Positions 21,801 to 31,049 of a DNA stretch of 64,000 nucleotides are shown here, piece after piece. How positions within the stretch are numbered: the first letter of the stretch is position 1; each line of letters begins with the position of its first letter. This stretch comes from a virus. Taxonomy: Duplodnaviria > Caudoviricetes. Made by a program: the position numbers and the translations under genes. The stretch spans positions 3,788 through 67,787 of IMG/VR virus record IMGVR_UViG_3300042564_001032, one strand, 5' to 3'. The notes below the pieces were generated by a model. The model made no database searches. It was given only the letters and a program-made list of their open reading frames with translations, and was not told the origin of the DNA.

Positions 21801-22062
21801 GTCTCTTGTTAGGACTAAACAAGAAATAGGCTCTGATAGATTCTTTAAGAAGGTTCGCGGTATTCTAGACATGAAAATGCTTAGTGATGATGCGATAGTA
21901 TTATTTGCAAAGAAGCTAGACAAGAAAGATCTTGACAAATTCATTAAGATATATGCAGAGTTTAGCAAACAAGAGCAAGCGGCTGCTGATGCAGAAGAAG
22001 AGGCTAAAAGACTTGAGGAGCAGAGAAAGGCAGCATCAGATGCGTTAGGCACTGAACAATAG
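15814..22062 (+). CDS. Large putative ejection/cargo protein
   Basis: 2082 aa, largely helical and Ala/Lys-rich, with a disordered PEKT-rich linker. It occupies the position of the largest ejection protein in podoviruses. Confidence 0.6.
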   Translation: MADINNPQTPDPKSIKPAPKKLPANVLSIMKRIKTVQDAADAEFNALGEYATRNTRYNRDLINQQFTRTTAPNTITNTREAIEQKWKDNADKAVALKVVDEYDAINNSLDAYLKQESKFGQNFSTVFNPTTKKFENVDPYSHPSVIAKRKELEYGLKTGQFEIDKDELTGLPILFSLYNAPLTSFSKAIEKSANTTIDTRGFLSLSTEEKVKRIKYENAYGPAYLPQKPEGFSSVTNFIGGVTLPLLKATAFGMGAATIGRLNPALGEAYGAEALANLNKLGNTISWIGDMTEGNQSAAIKKYYNSKLKANPNINPVELMREAEALGGITGAVTGTLEASLMGGAFSKLAPYPGISAAASKINTAPLLESMANSSKKGVLQKGLAPLVPVTKEAAKIGAISATTPVITDVVSNIAGADISAEDTMKESIERFKSGAEMVFAFGGLPAAAKSSRVLAETIPFVRDVNAQNIKYALAMVTGAARDIQPSVMHQAKVIAYELPQGEVEALIQEGETQGIYEQGTLKQYKTDKELYDETDAQVPTDIPKEKRDIIRGIQVKINKLTEMAKSLGKVSPLLDRINKMKDQLDEKAVKVLESENPLEVDATYEAKETTAEVPPVAAPEGKPIEAKPIEVKPAETPTEAKPAETTPITEQKKPTENATPSGQEPKKESGATGDIVEPTGTQVIKDQETTQADVGDSNIGGKTKPKVETTKLEVEPEKKTPKEFNNNETATVFGKMKKAAEEYLSKKVDDFSGASRKALATLKNSAFYKGLDKNEREKYVLAATKFFEGKLPPSPSVQRLLGIANDATNVVNNMASLNENMKLQAKAAKDTEMWIKGTRKAISNGLNELKKKGVIKTAQLLSILKKYDSLNLKNNDAINDFTSYVTKIVNDANYNNKLQTASRLNGLINKASKMKGKQVNLISAAKEFLGIDPSKIEDIDGYIERASVVLNGIRSSKTKGLEANFSDAFRSSDIIEYAKEQKAKIEESKKQSKLEDYNELVESGVISKDMSFDEIDQIIGAIEQGKESDIPDIRDKARYVRAYVNKRFDSVSAIVKSMLDRNVDPFTGMQLSDISSADRVRLNTIIGMGLNDLPLKDAYTVVEALNNFAVNGKVSNLDSAIAIGEAYQGGKILESYGIKSLTIKSLFGRKAARWFAADMTSLPVLFDKAFGTNKSLLVQKYMGMSSLMRNKNMAEKIYQEASKEYTDKFVGKYGGILKSKTNPNGLRFDAKENIYERGMLAFMRRNRGGDEASVAKEFNRRKTLLQETIDALRSRGGDYGKMADLYQTAFDKLVRDSKNSLEVDSKADSVNLEAVNWWTNQWGKHYEKMKDVNLNIYNQDLGFHNNYTQDTYGKFDKSETPTSMDPLSDNPFFSSYDYIPDVKSGTLMKTTDPEMLPNGKFIDLDFDYNSNRALKTALTNIHTAKDLRQVKAFRDSPFFDKIFNQEDGNVFKGKISNYAKRMQNRDIAESREFSNVGRSLSVAATTAVSTALSSFAQPFKQLAPSMHTLIATNGRLAINDALNADAHDFLDRIGYGISNRGMGSQFSMERVSSMLRQADDNALMRGVRALGKIQEAKLKIFVGYSDILTARMAWLSYYKDALRKKGEDVSNLDWKTHEINKDAADYAEQMTNVSQNVSDTDLQGTFIGSQDPYHKAFKNTVMTLANYTMNQKAKVGGNIRVALGKGVAAEDRSLAVKSLAGTAAEMFVYNAIWQMANNIQWGIADKMSNTTPSQEEKRRRELSSKRTTITNLTNDLFSPHPIMNDGLDKLINFGLEKIDPDTPKAFEVRLYDGGGADAWAKNYGVGGILLKNIMDASKYNDIAISGEVKTEDPFGEEQVKKLTGEDKKIAMSWMPLVIAGRTLGFSDMSNVSNKIIKNLSARGMSEENALINKAIDMVPAEEGKATIVDNKTINQAAAEAVKFKDPESRAKYLLDLKKKYGAELWSKEIDLISDPKLGIIDGGTVAFMTAMANNDQDAMKVYRAFSLAKPEAKVESLVRTKQEIGSDRFFKKVRGILDMKMLSDDAIVLFAKKLDKKDLDKFIKIYAEFSKQEQAAADAEEEAKRLEEQRKAASDALGTEQ

Positions 22063-22109
22063 TACATCAAAATAAAGCTTTTTAGGTATATTTGCATAAA
22101 CAAATAAAT

Positions 22110-22664
22110 ATGCCTTTTACAACCTCGGTAAGTATCACTCAAGGGGCAGACTGTAGCCAGTTCACCATTACAGATAGTTCAACATACAATGTTGAGGGAA
22201 CAGGCACGTTTTCTGCTAGAAAACTTACTATACAGAAATCTGATGGGTCTTACCTTAAAATAGGTACTAGAACCTATAATCAATACGTTTGGCCTTTTAC
22301 TGATGGCAATAGCATTATTATATCAGGCGTTGATGATAAGAATGTTCCTTATATAGCTACAGACTATGCTTTTAATATTATATTAGCATTAACATCTACT
22401 AGCCCACAAGTTAACTCTGTATATACTAAATCAGAGCTCCCTGTGTTTGTCTGCTACACAATGAGTGCATTCTTCTCTAACACATATAAAATGTCTATTG
22501 ATAATGGACTAGAGAAAGACTATAAATTTGTAAAAGATGTTATGAGACTATTTATGGAACAAGAGTCAGGTAAAAAAGCAGGAGCTGATGGAGATATCGG
22601 AGCTGCTCAAGGTTGCTTAGACAGAGCTAAACAAATTTCTGATGCACTTAAAATAGGATATTAA
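22110..22664 (+). CDS. Putative tail-associated protein
   Basis: ATG 22110 (MPFTT) follows TATATTTG at 22087-22094. Confidence 0.55.
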   Translation: MPFTTSVSITQGADCSQFTITDSSTYNVEGTGTFSARKLTIQKSDGSYLKIGTRTYNQYVWPFTDGNSIIISGVDDKNVPYIATDYAFNIILALTSTSPQVNSVYTKSELPVFVCYTMSAFFSNTYKMSIDNGLEKDYKFVKDVMRLFMEQESGKKAGADGDIGAAQGCLDRAKQISDALKIGY

Positions 22665-23278
22665 TGTCTTATACTCTTCCTCAAATATCAGAGATACTAT
22701 TAAAAGCAGATAAGACGGTCTACAGGCTAGGAGCCATTGCCTATGATGACATGTTTGCTGAAGATAGCGAGGCGCTTGATTATGAAAGAGATATTATTTT
22801 TATATACAAGAAATGTGTAGAATGGGCAGATGATTTCTATGTTGGGAATACTAGGTTAGACAGCGTTGTAGAGAGATTGTCCGCAAAGGTTAATATATAT
22901 GACTATGGTAAACTAACTCCTATATATTCAGATTCTGTAACACAGAATGCCATATCTACCGTTAGCCCTTATGTATTAAAAACAACAAACCTTTCGCTAG
23001 GACAAGGACTATTTGGTTCAAATAATTTTACTCAAGAAACTGTTTCTATATCAGTAGACTATGATTATGTCAAGTCTCAAGTAAGAGAGAACTATGTTCA
23101 TGACCAACAAGTAGCATCTAGTTCATGGGTAGTGCCTCATCAGTTAAATAAATATGCTTCCGTTAGTATAGTGAACACAGCTAACCAAGCTATAGTAGGG
23201 GATATAACTTATAATTCATTAAATCAATTAACAATAACATTTACATCACCAATAAGCGGTAAAGCTTATATAAATTAA
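22664..23278 (+). CDS. Putative tail fibre attachment protein
   Basis: C-terminal W.V.H.L...P/S.V...G...Y...N.LTI.F...G.A domain, typical of fibre-associated proteins. Confidence 0.55.
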   Translation: MSYTLPQISEILLKADKTVYRLGAIAYDDMFAEDSEALDYERDIIFIYKKCVEWADDFYVGNTRLDSVVERLSAKVNIYDYGKLTPIYSDSVTQNAISTVSPYVLKTTNLSLGQGLFGSNNFTQETVSISVDYDYVKSQVRENYVHDQQVASSSWVVPHQLNKYASVSIVNTANQAIVGDITYNSLNQLTITFTSPISGKAYIN

Positions 23279-23285
23279 AATTAAA

Positions 23286-24374
23286 ATGCAGTTTCTTACC
23301 AACCTCGATTTAACTAAAAATCAGATTCTAAACGTAGCGTTACAGAATCTATCTTCACCTCCAGGCTCACCTGTTGCAGGTCAAGTTTACTACAACACAG
23401 TCGATAAAGCTATCTACTTTTGGGATTCCACTCAATGGGTGAACATCTCAGGTGATATTACCGCAGTTGTTGCAGGGTCGGGTCTTACGGGTGGAGGTAC
23501 AGGTGGCTCTGTTACACTAGATGTAAACGTAGATAACGCTACAATTGAAGTAGATAACGATATAGTTCGTGTTAAAGACCTAGGGATTACTACATCAAAA
23601 TTAAACGATGGTGCTGTAACTACTATTAAAATTGGAGCAAACCAAGTAACATTGGCAAAGCTTGCTCAGGTTGCTAACAATACCGTAATTGGTAATACAT
23701 CAGGTGGAACTGCAACACCTTCTGAAGTTGTTATTGTAACTGACTTAGCTAGTGCTAGTTCAACTACACTTGCTACATCTGCTGCAATTAAAACATATAT
23801 CGATACTAACGTAGGTAACCTAGGTAATCTAGAGGGAGCATGGGACGCTTCAAGTGGAAGTTTTCCTGTAGGCTCTTCTCCTGTAGCTGGCACAAAAGCT
23901 GGTGATTATTGGTATGTAAGCGTAGCTGGTACAACAGGCGGCGTAGCATTTAATGTTGGAGATGTAATTGTTGCCAAAGTTAATAATGCTTCTACATCTA
24001 CTGCTTCTGATTGGATTCAATTAGAAGTTAATAGAGACCAAGCTACAGAAACTGCTTTAGGTTTAGCAGAGATTGCTACCCAAACAGAAGTAAATACAGG
24101 AACTGATGACCAAAGAATTGTCACTCCACTTAAGTTAAAAACTCTATTAGACAATAGAACAGGTGGATATGCTGCAAATATTGGTAACGGAACTGCAACT
24201 TCTTATGCGGTATCACACGGATTGGGGACAACTGATGTAAACGTTATGTTAAAAGATAATAGTACTTTAGCACAAGTTTTTGCTGACGTAGTTATTACAG
24301 ACGCAAATACGGTTACAGTTAGTTTCGCAGTAGCACCTGCATCAAATGCTTACAGAGTTATTATAAAGAAATAG
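23286..24374 (+). CDS. Tail fibre protein
   Basis: G/T/S/A-rich, with AGSGLTGGG and ATETALGLAEIAT fibre motifs. Its C-terminal domain resembles that of the preceding gene. Confidence 0.7.
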   Translation: MQFLTNLDLTKNQILNVALQNLSSPPGSPVAGQVYYNTVDKAIYFWDSTQWVNISGDITAVVAGSGLTGGGTGGSVTLDVNVDNATIEVDNDIVRVKDLGITTSKLNDGAVTTIKIGANQVTLAKLAQVANNTVIGNTSGGTATPSEVVIVTDLASASSTTLATSAAIKTYIDTNVGNLGNLEGAWDASSGSFPVGSSPVAGTKAGDYWYVSVAGTTGGVAFNVGDVIVAKVNNASTSTASDWIQLEVNRDQATETALGLAEIATQTEVNTGTDDQRIVTPLKLKTLLDNRTGGYAANIGNGTATSYAVSHGLGTTDVNVMLKDNSTLAQVFADVVITDANTVTVSFAVAPASNAYRVIIKK

Positions 24375-24380
24375 AAGTAA

Positions 24381-27300
24381 ATGCAAATATTATCTAATTT
24401 ATCCTTATACGGAACATTAGGATTAAATTCAGTAGCTGACGCTAATACTGATACTGACAAGTTTCTTGTCATAGATTCTAATGGCATAGTAAAATACAGA
24501 ACAGGCCAAGAGCTCTACAATGATATTGGAGCAGGTGGAGCTGCAGCTTATACGTCTACGCTTCAGCATGAAGTAAAGGCGGGCGTAGCTCTAACTAAAG
24601 GCCAGGCTGTATATGTGACAAGTGCTGATGGCACTAATATGATAGTTAGCAAAGCTTCAAACGCATCAGAGGCTACATCAAGCAAAACACTAGGGCTAAT
24701 AGCTCAAGACCTTAATATAAACGGAAAAGGGTATGTTATTACAGAAGGATTACTATCTGGATTAAATACAATGGCTGCAGGAACAGAAGGTGACCCTGTA
24801 TGGCTAGGAACAGATGGCAATTTAATATACGGGCTAGGTTCTAAGCCTTATGCTCCCGACCATCTAGTTTTCATTGGTATTGTTACTAGAAAAAATGCTA
24901 ATAACGGAGAAATATTTGTTAAGGTACAGAACGGATTTGAGCTCCAAGAGCTTCACAACGTTCAAATAACATCTACTCCTTCTGATAATACAGTTCTAGC
25001 GTATGAGACTTCTACATCTTTATACAAGATGAAGTCGATACCTGCATTGTTAGGATATACTCCTACAACTAATGCTAGAACATTAACTATAAATGGAACT
25101 TCTTACGATTTAAGTGCAGATAGAAGTTGGTCAGTAGGTACGCATACAGGTAATTTAACTACAGGATATGTACCTAAGGCTACAGGAACTACAACATTAA
25201 CAGATAGTTTAATATACGATAACGGAAGTGCTATCGGAATTAATACAAACTCTCCATACGAGTCTTCAGCTTTTAAGCTAGATGTAAATGGTGGAGTGAT
25301 TATTAAAAACACTAATGGCACAACTGCTCAATTAATATTAATAAATTCAAATCCTGCTACGGGAGGTAATAATGGATTCGTTCAATTAAGTGCTGGTGGA
25401 AACACCGCCACAGCATTTGGACAATGGCAAACATATTATGGAATGTCTGTTGCTTCAGGAGCATTAAGGCTTCAACCGGCAGGTGGTCAAGTTCTAATTG
25501 GAACAACAACAACATCGGCTTTTACTACTGATATAAATGGAACATTAAGAGTATCAGGTCAATTAACATTAGGTTCAACAATAAGTAACAATACTTATGT
25601 TTATACTATGCCAGGAGCTTCGGGAACTTTAGCTCTTGTTAGTCAAATACCTAGCTTGAGCGGATACGTTCAAACTTCTAGAACATTAACAATAAACGGA
25701 GTTTCTTATGACTTATCAGCTGATAGGTCTTGGTCCATTGCTGCAGGTATATCATCGATAGCATCAGGTACAGGTATAAGTGTATCTACTGTTAGTGGTG
25801 TCGCAACTATAACAAACACAGGATTGTTAAGTGCAGCATCTGGAACAGGTATATCAGTAAGCACATCTAACCAACAAATAACAGTTACTAATACAGGTTT
25901 ATTGAGTGCCGCTTCAGGTACAGGTATTTCTGTTTCTACGGCTAATCAGCAAATAACAGTTACTAACTTAGGATTATTAAGTGCCGCTTCTGGAAATGGT
26001 ATTTCGGTAAGTACAGCAAATCAACAAATAACAATTACCAATACAGGTATTCTTTCTTTGATTTCTGGAACAGGTATTAGCATATCTACTGTAAATGGTG
26101 CTGCTACTATTACAAATACAATTACAAATAACAATCAGCTTACTAATGGTGCAGGATATATCACGTCTTCTGCATTAACGGGCTATGCTACACAATCTTA
26201 CGTAAATACAGCTATTTCTAATTTAGTAGATTCAGCTCCAGGGACATTAGATACACTTAATGAGCTTGCGGCAGCTCTTGGCGATGACCCTAATTTCGCT
26301 ACTACTATTGCAGCTTCTATTGGCGGTAAACAGGCGCAACTCAACGGAACAGGTTTTGTTAAAGCGTCTGGCACAACAATTACATATGATAACTCTACAT
26401 ACTATTTAGCTAGTAATCCTAGTGGATACATAACAGGTATTACATCAGGAATGGTTACTACAGCATTAGGATATACTCCTTATAATAGTAGTAATCCTAG
26501 TGGATATGTCACATCCTCAAATTGGGCTATACTTGGCGGTGGTGTTAGCTATAATATAGATAGAACTACAAAAGTAAGTAGCGGTCTTGCTATATATAGT
26601 GCTTATACTGGAGGAGCTAATAGTCCTACTACTTATGATATATCTTCTCAATATGTTATATCTGGTAGAGCCATGGAGATTGCTGCTTCTTGGCATTCTC
26701 CAAGTGCTGTAATGTATTTTAGAACTTTAAGAGATTGTTGTGAAAACTGGTCTGCTTGGGTTACGATGCTTTCTTCTGCTAACTATAATGATTATGCTCC
26801 AACAAAAACAGGTGGTGGAGCAAGTGGTAGTTGGGATATATCCGTTACCGGTAATGCTGCAACAGTAAGTGTTAATAGCAGTTCAGGAGATAATTGGTAT
26901 AATGTACTATGGCATAGTGGTAATACAATATATAATACTCCAGTTAGTAGTGGTGTTACCATCTATGCTGCTGGAGCATATTTAAGAGCCAACTATTTTA
27001 ATACATATGGTGGTGGTAGTGAAAGAAATGGTTCAGGACTTAGTTATGTAGCTGGTTTTAATTCTAGTGATTATTATATTAGAAGTTACAACTCAACAGC
27101 AGTAGCTTCTTTCTTAGGACTTGGTTCTATGGCTTATGCTTCTACAGGTTCTTACTTACCACTTTCTGGTGGTACTCTTACGGGTACTTTAAGTGGAACA
27201 TCAGCAGGGTTTACAGGGAATGTTACTTGGCAAGGAATAAATAATGGAAATCCACGTTCGTTAGCTATAGGATATTCAGGAGGAAATTATGGTCAAGCAG

Positions 27301-30300
27301 GATATGGAGTTACATATACAAGTGGTGGTGCACACAACTATGCTATAAATGATATAGTTTCTCTTTGGGAAGCATATGACGGAATAAGGGTTCTTGCTGC
27401 CGGAGCTGGTACTGTTGGGACTGCAATATCTTGGACAACTGTGCTTGATGCAAGAAGAAATACATTTTCTTGGATGGGCAATACAGTTATTCATACAGGC
27501 AACTATTCATCATATGCACTACCATTAGGAGGTGGAACTATGAGTGGTCAAATTTACGGACCATCTATTGATTCAGGTGCATATGGGGGGCTTATACAAA
27601 TTAGAGAACGCGGTTATGTTTCTAATGGTCAAAGTGATTGGAATTATAGTCCAGCAATTACATTCCATTGGGGTAACAGATTTGCTGTAAGATTAGGTTT
27701 TGATTATCAAGGATATTTGGCTGTTGATAATGTAAGGTTTTTAAATGCAGGCAACTACACATCTTACTCACCATCTTTGACAGGCTCTGGTGCGAGTGGT
27801 ACATGGGGTATTAATATCTCTGGTGTAGCATCTCAAGTTTCTATTAACTATAGTAATGATTCAAACTCTACTTATCAGCTTTTATGGGGAAGCGGTAATA
27901 GTGTATATGGCACAGCAGGAGTATATGTAAATCCTTACGATGACAGGGTGTATGCTAACTATTTTAGTTCAGTATACTACATGGATGTATATACATCAGC
28001 AGGGTCAGATTATTTAAGGATAACAGATAATCAAGTGTATAGACCAGGTGGTGGTGGATTATATTTAAACTGGTCATCAAATGCGAATGTATTTATTACA
28101 GGTTCTGGTGGAGGTTATGTTGGTGTAGGTAATAATTCGCCATCATATAAACTTCATGTTAGCGGTGATATATATGCGAATGGTGGATGGTTAAGGGTAA
28201 GTGGTAGCGCTGGTATATACTTTGAATCTTATGCAGGTGGATGGAGAATGACTGACTCATCTTACATAAGAGCTTATAATGGTAAAGCTCTTAGTATGGA
28301 AGGAGCTAGCGTAGACTACGTTGGCTCTATCTACATGAACGGTGGCGTTTACATTCAAACAAGCAACAATAGAAACCTTCAGGTAAAAAGTACAGGTGGT
28401 GCAGATAATGGTATATTAGGGAGAGGAAGTAGTGACCAGTTTGCTTATCAACTTTATGGTGATGGCGCTGGTAGCTATGGTTTTTTAAATGGCGCATGGG
28501 CAGCTTGGGATTTACGAAAAGCTACTAACGGAAGGCTTTATATGAATGATAATAATGGATATTATCTTCAAACTAATAGTGATAGTTATGTATATAGACT
28601 AGAATCTGCTACTGACTTACGTGCTCCAATCTTTTATGACTCTAATGATGGAAGCTATTATTTAGACCCAAACTCTACATCTAATATTGCTGCGTCATAT
28701 ATAGGTCGTGTACTTATCAATTATGACGGCACCGATACGTGGTTCAGAATGCAGTCTGGCAACCGCATGAGGATTACTACTACAGGCGGTACAGACTTTA
28801 TTATTCCCAACACAGGTAATATGACCTATAATGGCAATAATGTATGGCACGCAGGAAACGATGGTTCTGGCTCAGGACTAGATGCGGACTTGCTTGACGG
28901 GTATGACCAGTCATACTTTTTCTCTAAAGTAAACATGGATGCTGCTAGAAATATTGTCTCTGGAACTAATCTTGATACTGACTTAGAGAATGGTGGAGCG
29001 TATAGTTCTTATGGCGCAGGGGGCACTAGCTGGAACGCACCTTTTTCTTATGGTGGTGTTATAGGATTTGCATTTACATCTGGTATTAGAGCACAGTTTG
29101 GTTTTGACATTAGACATACTCAGTCAAATTATGGTGACTTATGGTATAGAACAAAGAACAATGTTGGTTACGCAACATGGAGAAAAATATGGCATACTGG
29201 AAATCAGGGAAGTGGCTCTGGACTTGACGCTGATACAGTAGATGGATACCATGCTACTAACGCTGCTAATGGGTTAGCATACTACGCTTCAAATGGATAT
29301 TTATATGCTCCTTCATGGATTAATGTAGGAATTGCCGGTATATTTTCTGGTACTAATAATGCACATATAAGACCAAATCAAAGTAATACATACGGAGCTT
29401 GGGAGATGATTGGTTCAAGAAACGGATGGTCAGGTATTTGGTTTAATGATAGTGGTAATACCCTAATGATGAACTCTTCCGAGTCAGGACATTATATGAA
29501 TGGGTATGGTTGGCAGTATAGGTGGTACCAGGGTACTATGTATACAAGCAGAAGTACGTATGGAGGTGGAACGGAGTTTACTATTCTCGATAGTGGCAAC
29601 TATACATCATGGGCTCAACAAAGAGTATATCAAGGTCAGAGTGCTGGTGACTGGCAGACTTTTACTAATGATGTTGGAGAGTTTAGAGTGGATGAGGTGC
29701 TTAATATAAATGCAGGTGGTCACAGTAATCAACCACCGAATGTTTATACATATGGGGGTGTATTGTCTTGGAGGTTAAATAATCATAGTTTTCAGTTATA
29801 TGCATCTCATACAGGTGACATTACTTTTAAAACACAATGGGGGAATGACAACTACTCAGGATGGAGAAGAATATTGCATGAAGCTAACTATAATAGTTGG
29901 GCTCCTAGTTTAACTGGTGGCGGAGCTTCTGGTACATGGGGGATATCAGTTACTGGCAGTTCTGCTAGCATCTCACTTACAGGAATTTCTTCTGTCAATG
30001 TAAATAACAGTCAAACTGCAGTTTATCGTACCGAATCTGGGTCAGGTGCAGCACTAGCATATGCTCCAGTATTACATGTTGGTGGTGGTGATACCATGTG
30101 GCAAGTTCAAGGTACATATGGAACATCAGGAAATGGTACATTGTATTTTAGACAAGGTTATAGTGGTAGTTGGGGCAATTGGTTGACTATAATTTCGTCA
30201 GCTAATATAGGTTCTCAATCTGTTTCCTATGCTTCAAACTCAGGAGCTCTTAATGGATATGGTAGCTCTAATTACTTAGGTAAGAATGGTAACTCTTATT

Positions 30301-31049
30301 ATCAACAAGATACTTGGATACAATCTACAGGAAGTCATGGTCTTTACGCTCCTTCATCAGGAGCTGGTACTCACTGGTTTCCTGGTATATCAGGGTCTTA
30401 TGGGTCTTGGAGAATAGAAGGGTATAAGAATAGTTATTATGGTATTGAACTTGCAAATGGTACTGTAGTAGGAATGATTGATACCACAGGGAATGGTGGT
30501 AACTGGGACCCTAGTACAGGATGGCACTTTTATTGGTACGAGAGTCATTCTTGCTTAGGTATTGGAGGCTCTAGTACAATTAGTGGCTATAGAGCTAAAA
30601 CAAATGGTAGCCATTATGTAGACGGTCTTTTATATGCAAGTAACTATGTACAAGCGGCTAATAATGGTTATTTTGGTGGCGATGTAATAGCCTACTATTC
30701 TGACGCACGTCTTAAGGAAAATGTAAAACCACTAGAAAACGTTTTAGATAAAATAAGCAAAATTGGTGGTTATACATATACAGCGAATGACCTTGCATTA
30801 CAAATTGGAGCTGCAGAAAATAAAGAACAGCGACTAGGAGTTCTTGCTCAAGAAATTAAGGAAGTGTTTCCTGAAGTTGTAACTCAAGCTCCTTTTGATA
30901 GAGACCCTTTAACAGGCGGTTCTGTTTCTGGACAAGATTATATGACTGTTAAGTATGAGCGTCTTGTACCTGTTTTAATACAAGCCATCAAAGAACAGCA
31001 GAAACAAATTGAAGACCTTAAATCTGAATTAAATGGCCTTACCAAGTAG
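24381..31049 (+). CDS. Long modular tail fibre with C-terminal intramolecular chaperone (peptidase S74)
   Basis: 2222 aa. Motifs include APGTLDTLNELAAAL and GSGLDAD.LDG, plus YSDARLKENV...Y..LVPVLIQAIKE for the S74 domain. Confidence 0.85.
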   Translation: MQILSNLSLYGTLGLNSVADANTDTDKFLVIDSNGIVKYRTGQELYNDIGAGGAAAYTSTLQHEVKAGVALTKGQAVYVTSADGTNMIVSKASNASEATSSKTLGLIAQDLNINGKGYVITEGLLSGLNTMAAGTEGDPVWLGTDGNLIYGLGSKPYAPDHLVFIGIVTRKNANNGEIFVKVQNGFELQELHNVQITSTPSDNTVLAYETSTSLYKMKSIPALLGYTPTTNARTLTINGTSYDLSADRSWSVGTHTGNLTTGYVPKATGTTTLTDSLIYDNGSAIGINTNSPYESSAFKLDVNGGVIIKNTNGTTAQLILINSNPATGGNNGFVQLSAGGNTATAFGQWQTYYGMSVASGALRLQPAGGQVLIGTTTTSAFTTDINGTLRVSGQLTLGSTISNNTYVYTMPGASGTLALVSQIPSLSGYVQTSRTLTINGVSYDLSADRSWSIAAGISSIASGTGISVSTVSGVATITNTGLLSAASGTGISVSTSNQQITVTNTGLLSAASGTGISVSTANQQITVTNLGLLSAASGNGISVSTANQQITITNTGILSLISGTGISISTVNGAATITNTITNNNQLTNGAGYITSSALTGYATQSYVNTAISNLVDSAPGTLDTLNELAAALGDDPNFATTIAASIGGKQAQLNGTGFVKASGTTITYDNSTYYLASNPSGYITGITSGMVTTALGYTPYNSSNPSGYVTSSNWAILGGGVSYNIDRTTKVSSGLAIYSAYTGGANSPTTYDISSQYVISGRAMEIAASWHSPSAVMYFRTLRDCCENWSAWVTMLSSANYNDYAPTKTGGGASGSWDISVTGNAATVSVNSSSGDNWYNVLWHSGNTIYNTPVSSGVTIYAAGAYLRANYFNTYGGGSERNGSGLSYVAGFNSSDYYIRSYNSTAVASFLGLGSMAYASTGSYLPLSGGTLTGTLSGTSAGFTGNVTWQGINNGNPRSLAIGYSGGNYGQAGYGVTYTSGGAHNYAINDIVSLWEAYDGIRVLAAGAGTVGTAISWTTVLDARRNTFSWMGNTVIHTGNYSSYALPLGGGTMSGQIYGPSIDSGAYGGLIQIRERGYVSNGQSDWNYSPAITFHWGNRFAVRLGFDYQGYLAVDNVRFLNAGNYTSYSPSLTGSGASGTWGINISGVASQVSINYSNDSNSTYQLLWGSGNSVYGTAGVYVNPYDDRVYANYFSSVYYMDVYTSAGSDYLRITDNQVYRPGGGGLYLNWSSNANVFITGSGGGYVGVGNNSPSYKLHVSGDIYANGGWLRVSGSAGIYFESYAGGWRMTDSSYIRAYNGKALSMEGASVDYVGSIYMNGGVYIQTSNNRNLQVKSTGGADNGILGRGSSDQFAYQLYGDGAGSYGFLNGAWAAWDLRKATNGRLYMNDNNGYYLQTNSDSYVYRLESATDLRAPIFYDSNDGSYYLDPNSTSNIAASYIGRVLINYDGTDTWFRMQSGNRMRITTTGGTDFIIPNTGNMTYNGNNVWHAGNDGSGSGLDADLLDGYDQSYFFSKVNMDAARNIVSGTNLDTDLENGGAYSSYGAGGTSWNAPFSYGGVIGFAFTSGIRAQFGFDIRHTQSNYGDLWYRTKNNVGYATWRKIWHTGNQGSGSGLDADTVDGYHATNAANGLAYYASNGYLYAPSWINVGIAGIFSGTNNAHIRPNQSNTYGAWEMIGSRNGWSGIWFNDSGNTLMMNSSESGHYMNGYGWQYRWYQGTMYTSRSTYGGGTEFTILDSGNYTSWAQQRVYQGQSAGDWQTFTNDVGEFRVDEVLNINAGGHSNQPPNVYTYGGVLSWRLNNHSFQLYASHTGDITFKTQWGNDNYSGWRRILHEANYNSWAPSLTGGGASGTWGISVTGSSASISLTGISSVNVNNSQTAVYRTESGSGAALAYAPVLHVGGGDTMWQVQGTYGTSGNGTLYFRQGYSGSWGNWLTIISSANIGSQSVSYASNSGALNGYGSSNYLGKNGNSYYQQDTWIQSTGSHGLYAPSSGAGTHWFPGISGSYGSWRIEGYKNSYYGIELANGTVVGMIDTTGNGGNWDPSTGWHFYWYESHSCLGIGGSSTISGYRAKTNGSHYVDGLLYASNYVQAANNGYFGGDVIAYYSDARLKENVKPLENVLDKISKIGGYTYTANDLALQIGAAENKEQRLGVLAQEIKEVFPEVVTQAPFDRDPLTGGSVSGQDYMTVKYERLVPVLIQAIKEQQKQIEDLKSELNGLTK
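25746..26120 (+). repeat. Five tandem 75-bp (25-aa) repeats in the tail fibre
   Basis: (L/I)SAASGTGISVSTxNQQITVTNTG units; the (A/I)SG codons start at 25761, 25836, 25911, 25986 and 26061. Confidence 0.9.

Noticed and set aside
21222-22142. 306-aa minus-strand ORF
   Set aside because: Antisense shadow of the large virion gene, with a Ser/Leu/Phe-rich composition typical of a reverse frame.
6593-31049. TAG stop-codon reassignment, as in some crAss-like phages
   Set aside because: ORFs are long and intact in code 11. The TAG stops checked (6595, 10352) are followed shortly by in-frame TAA, and no suppressor tRNA was seen.
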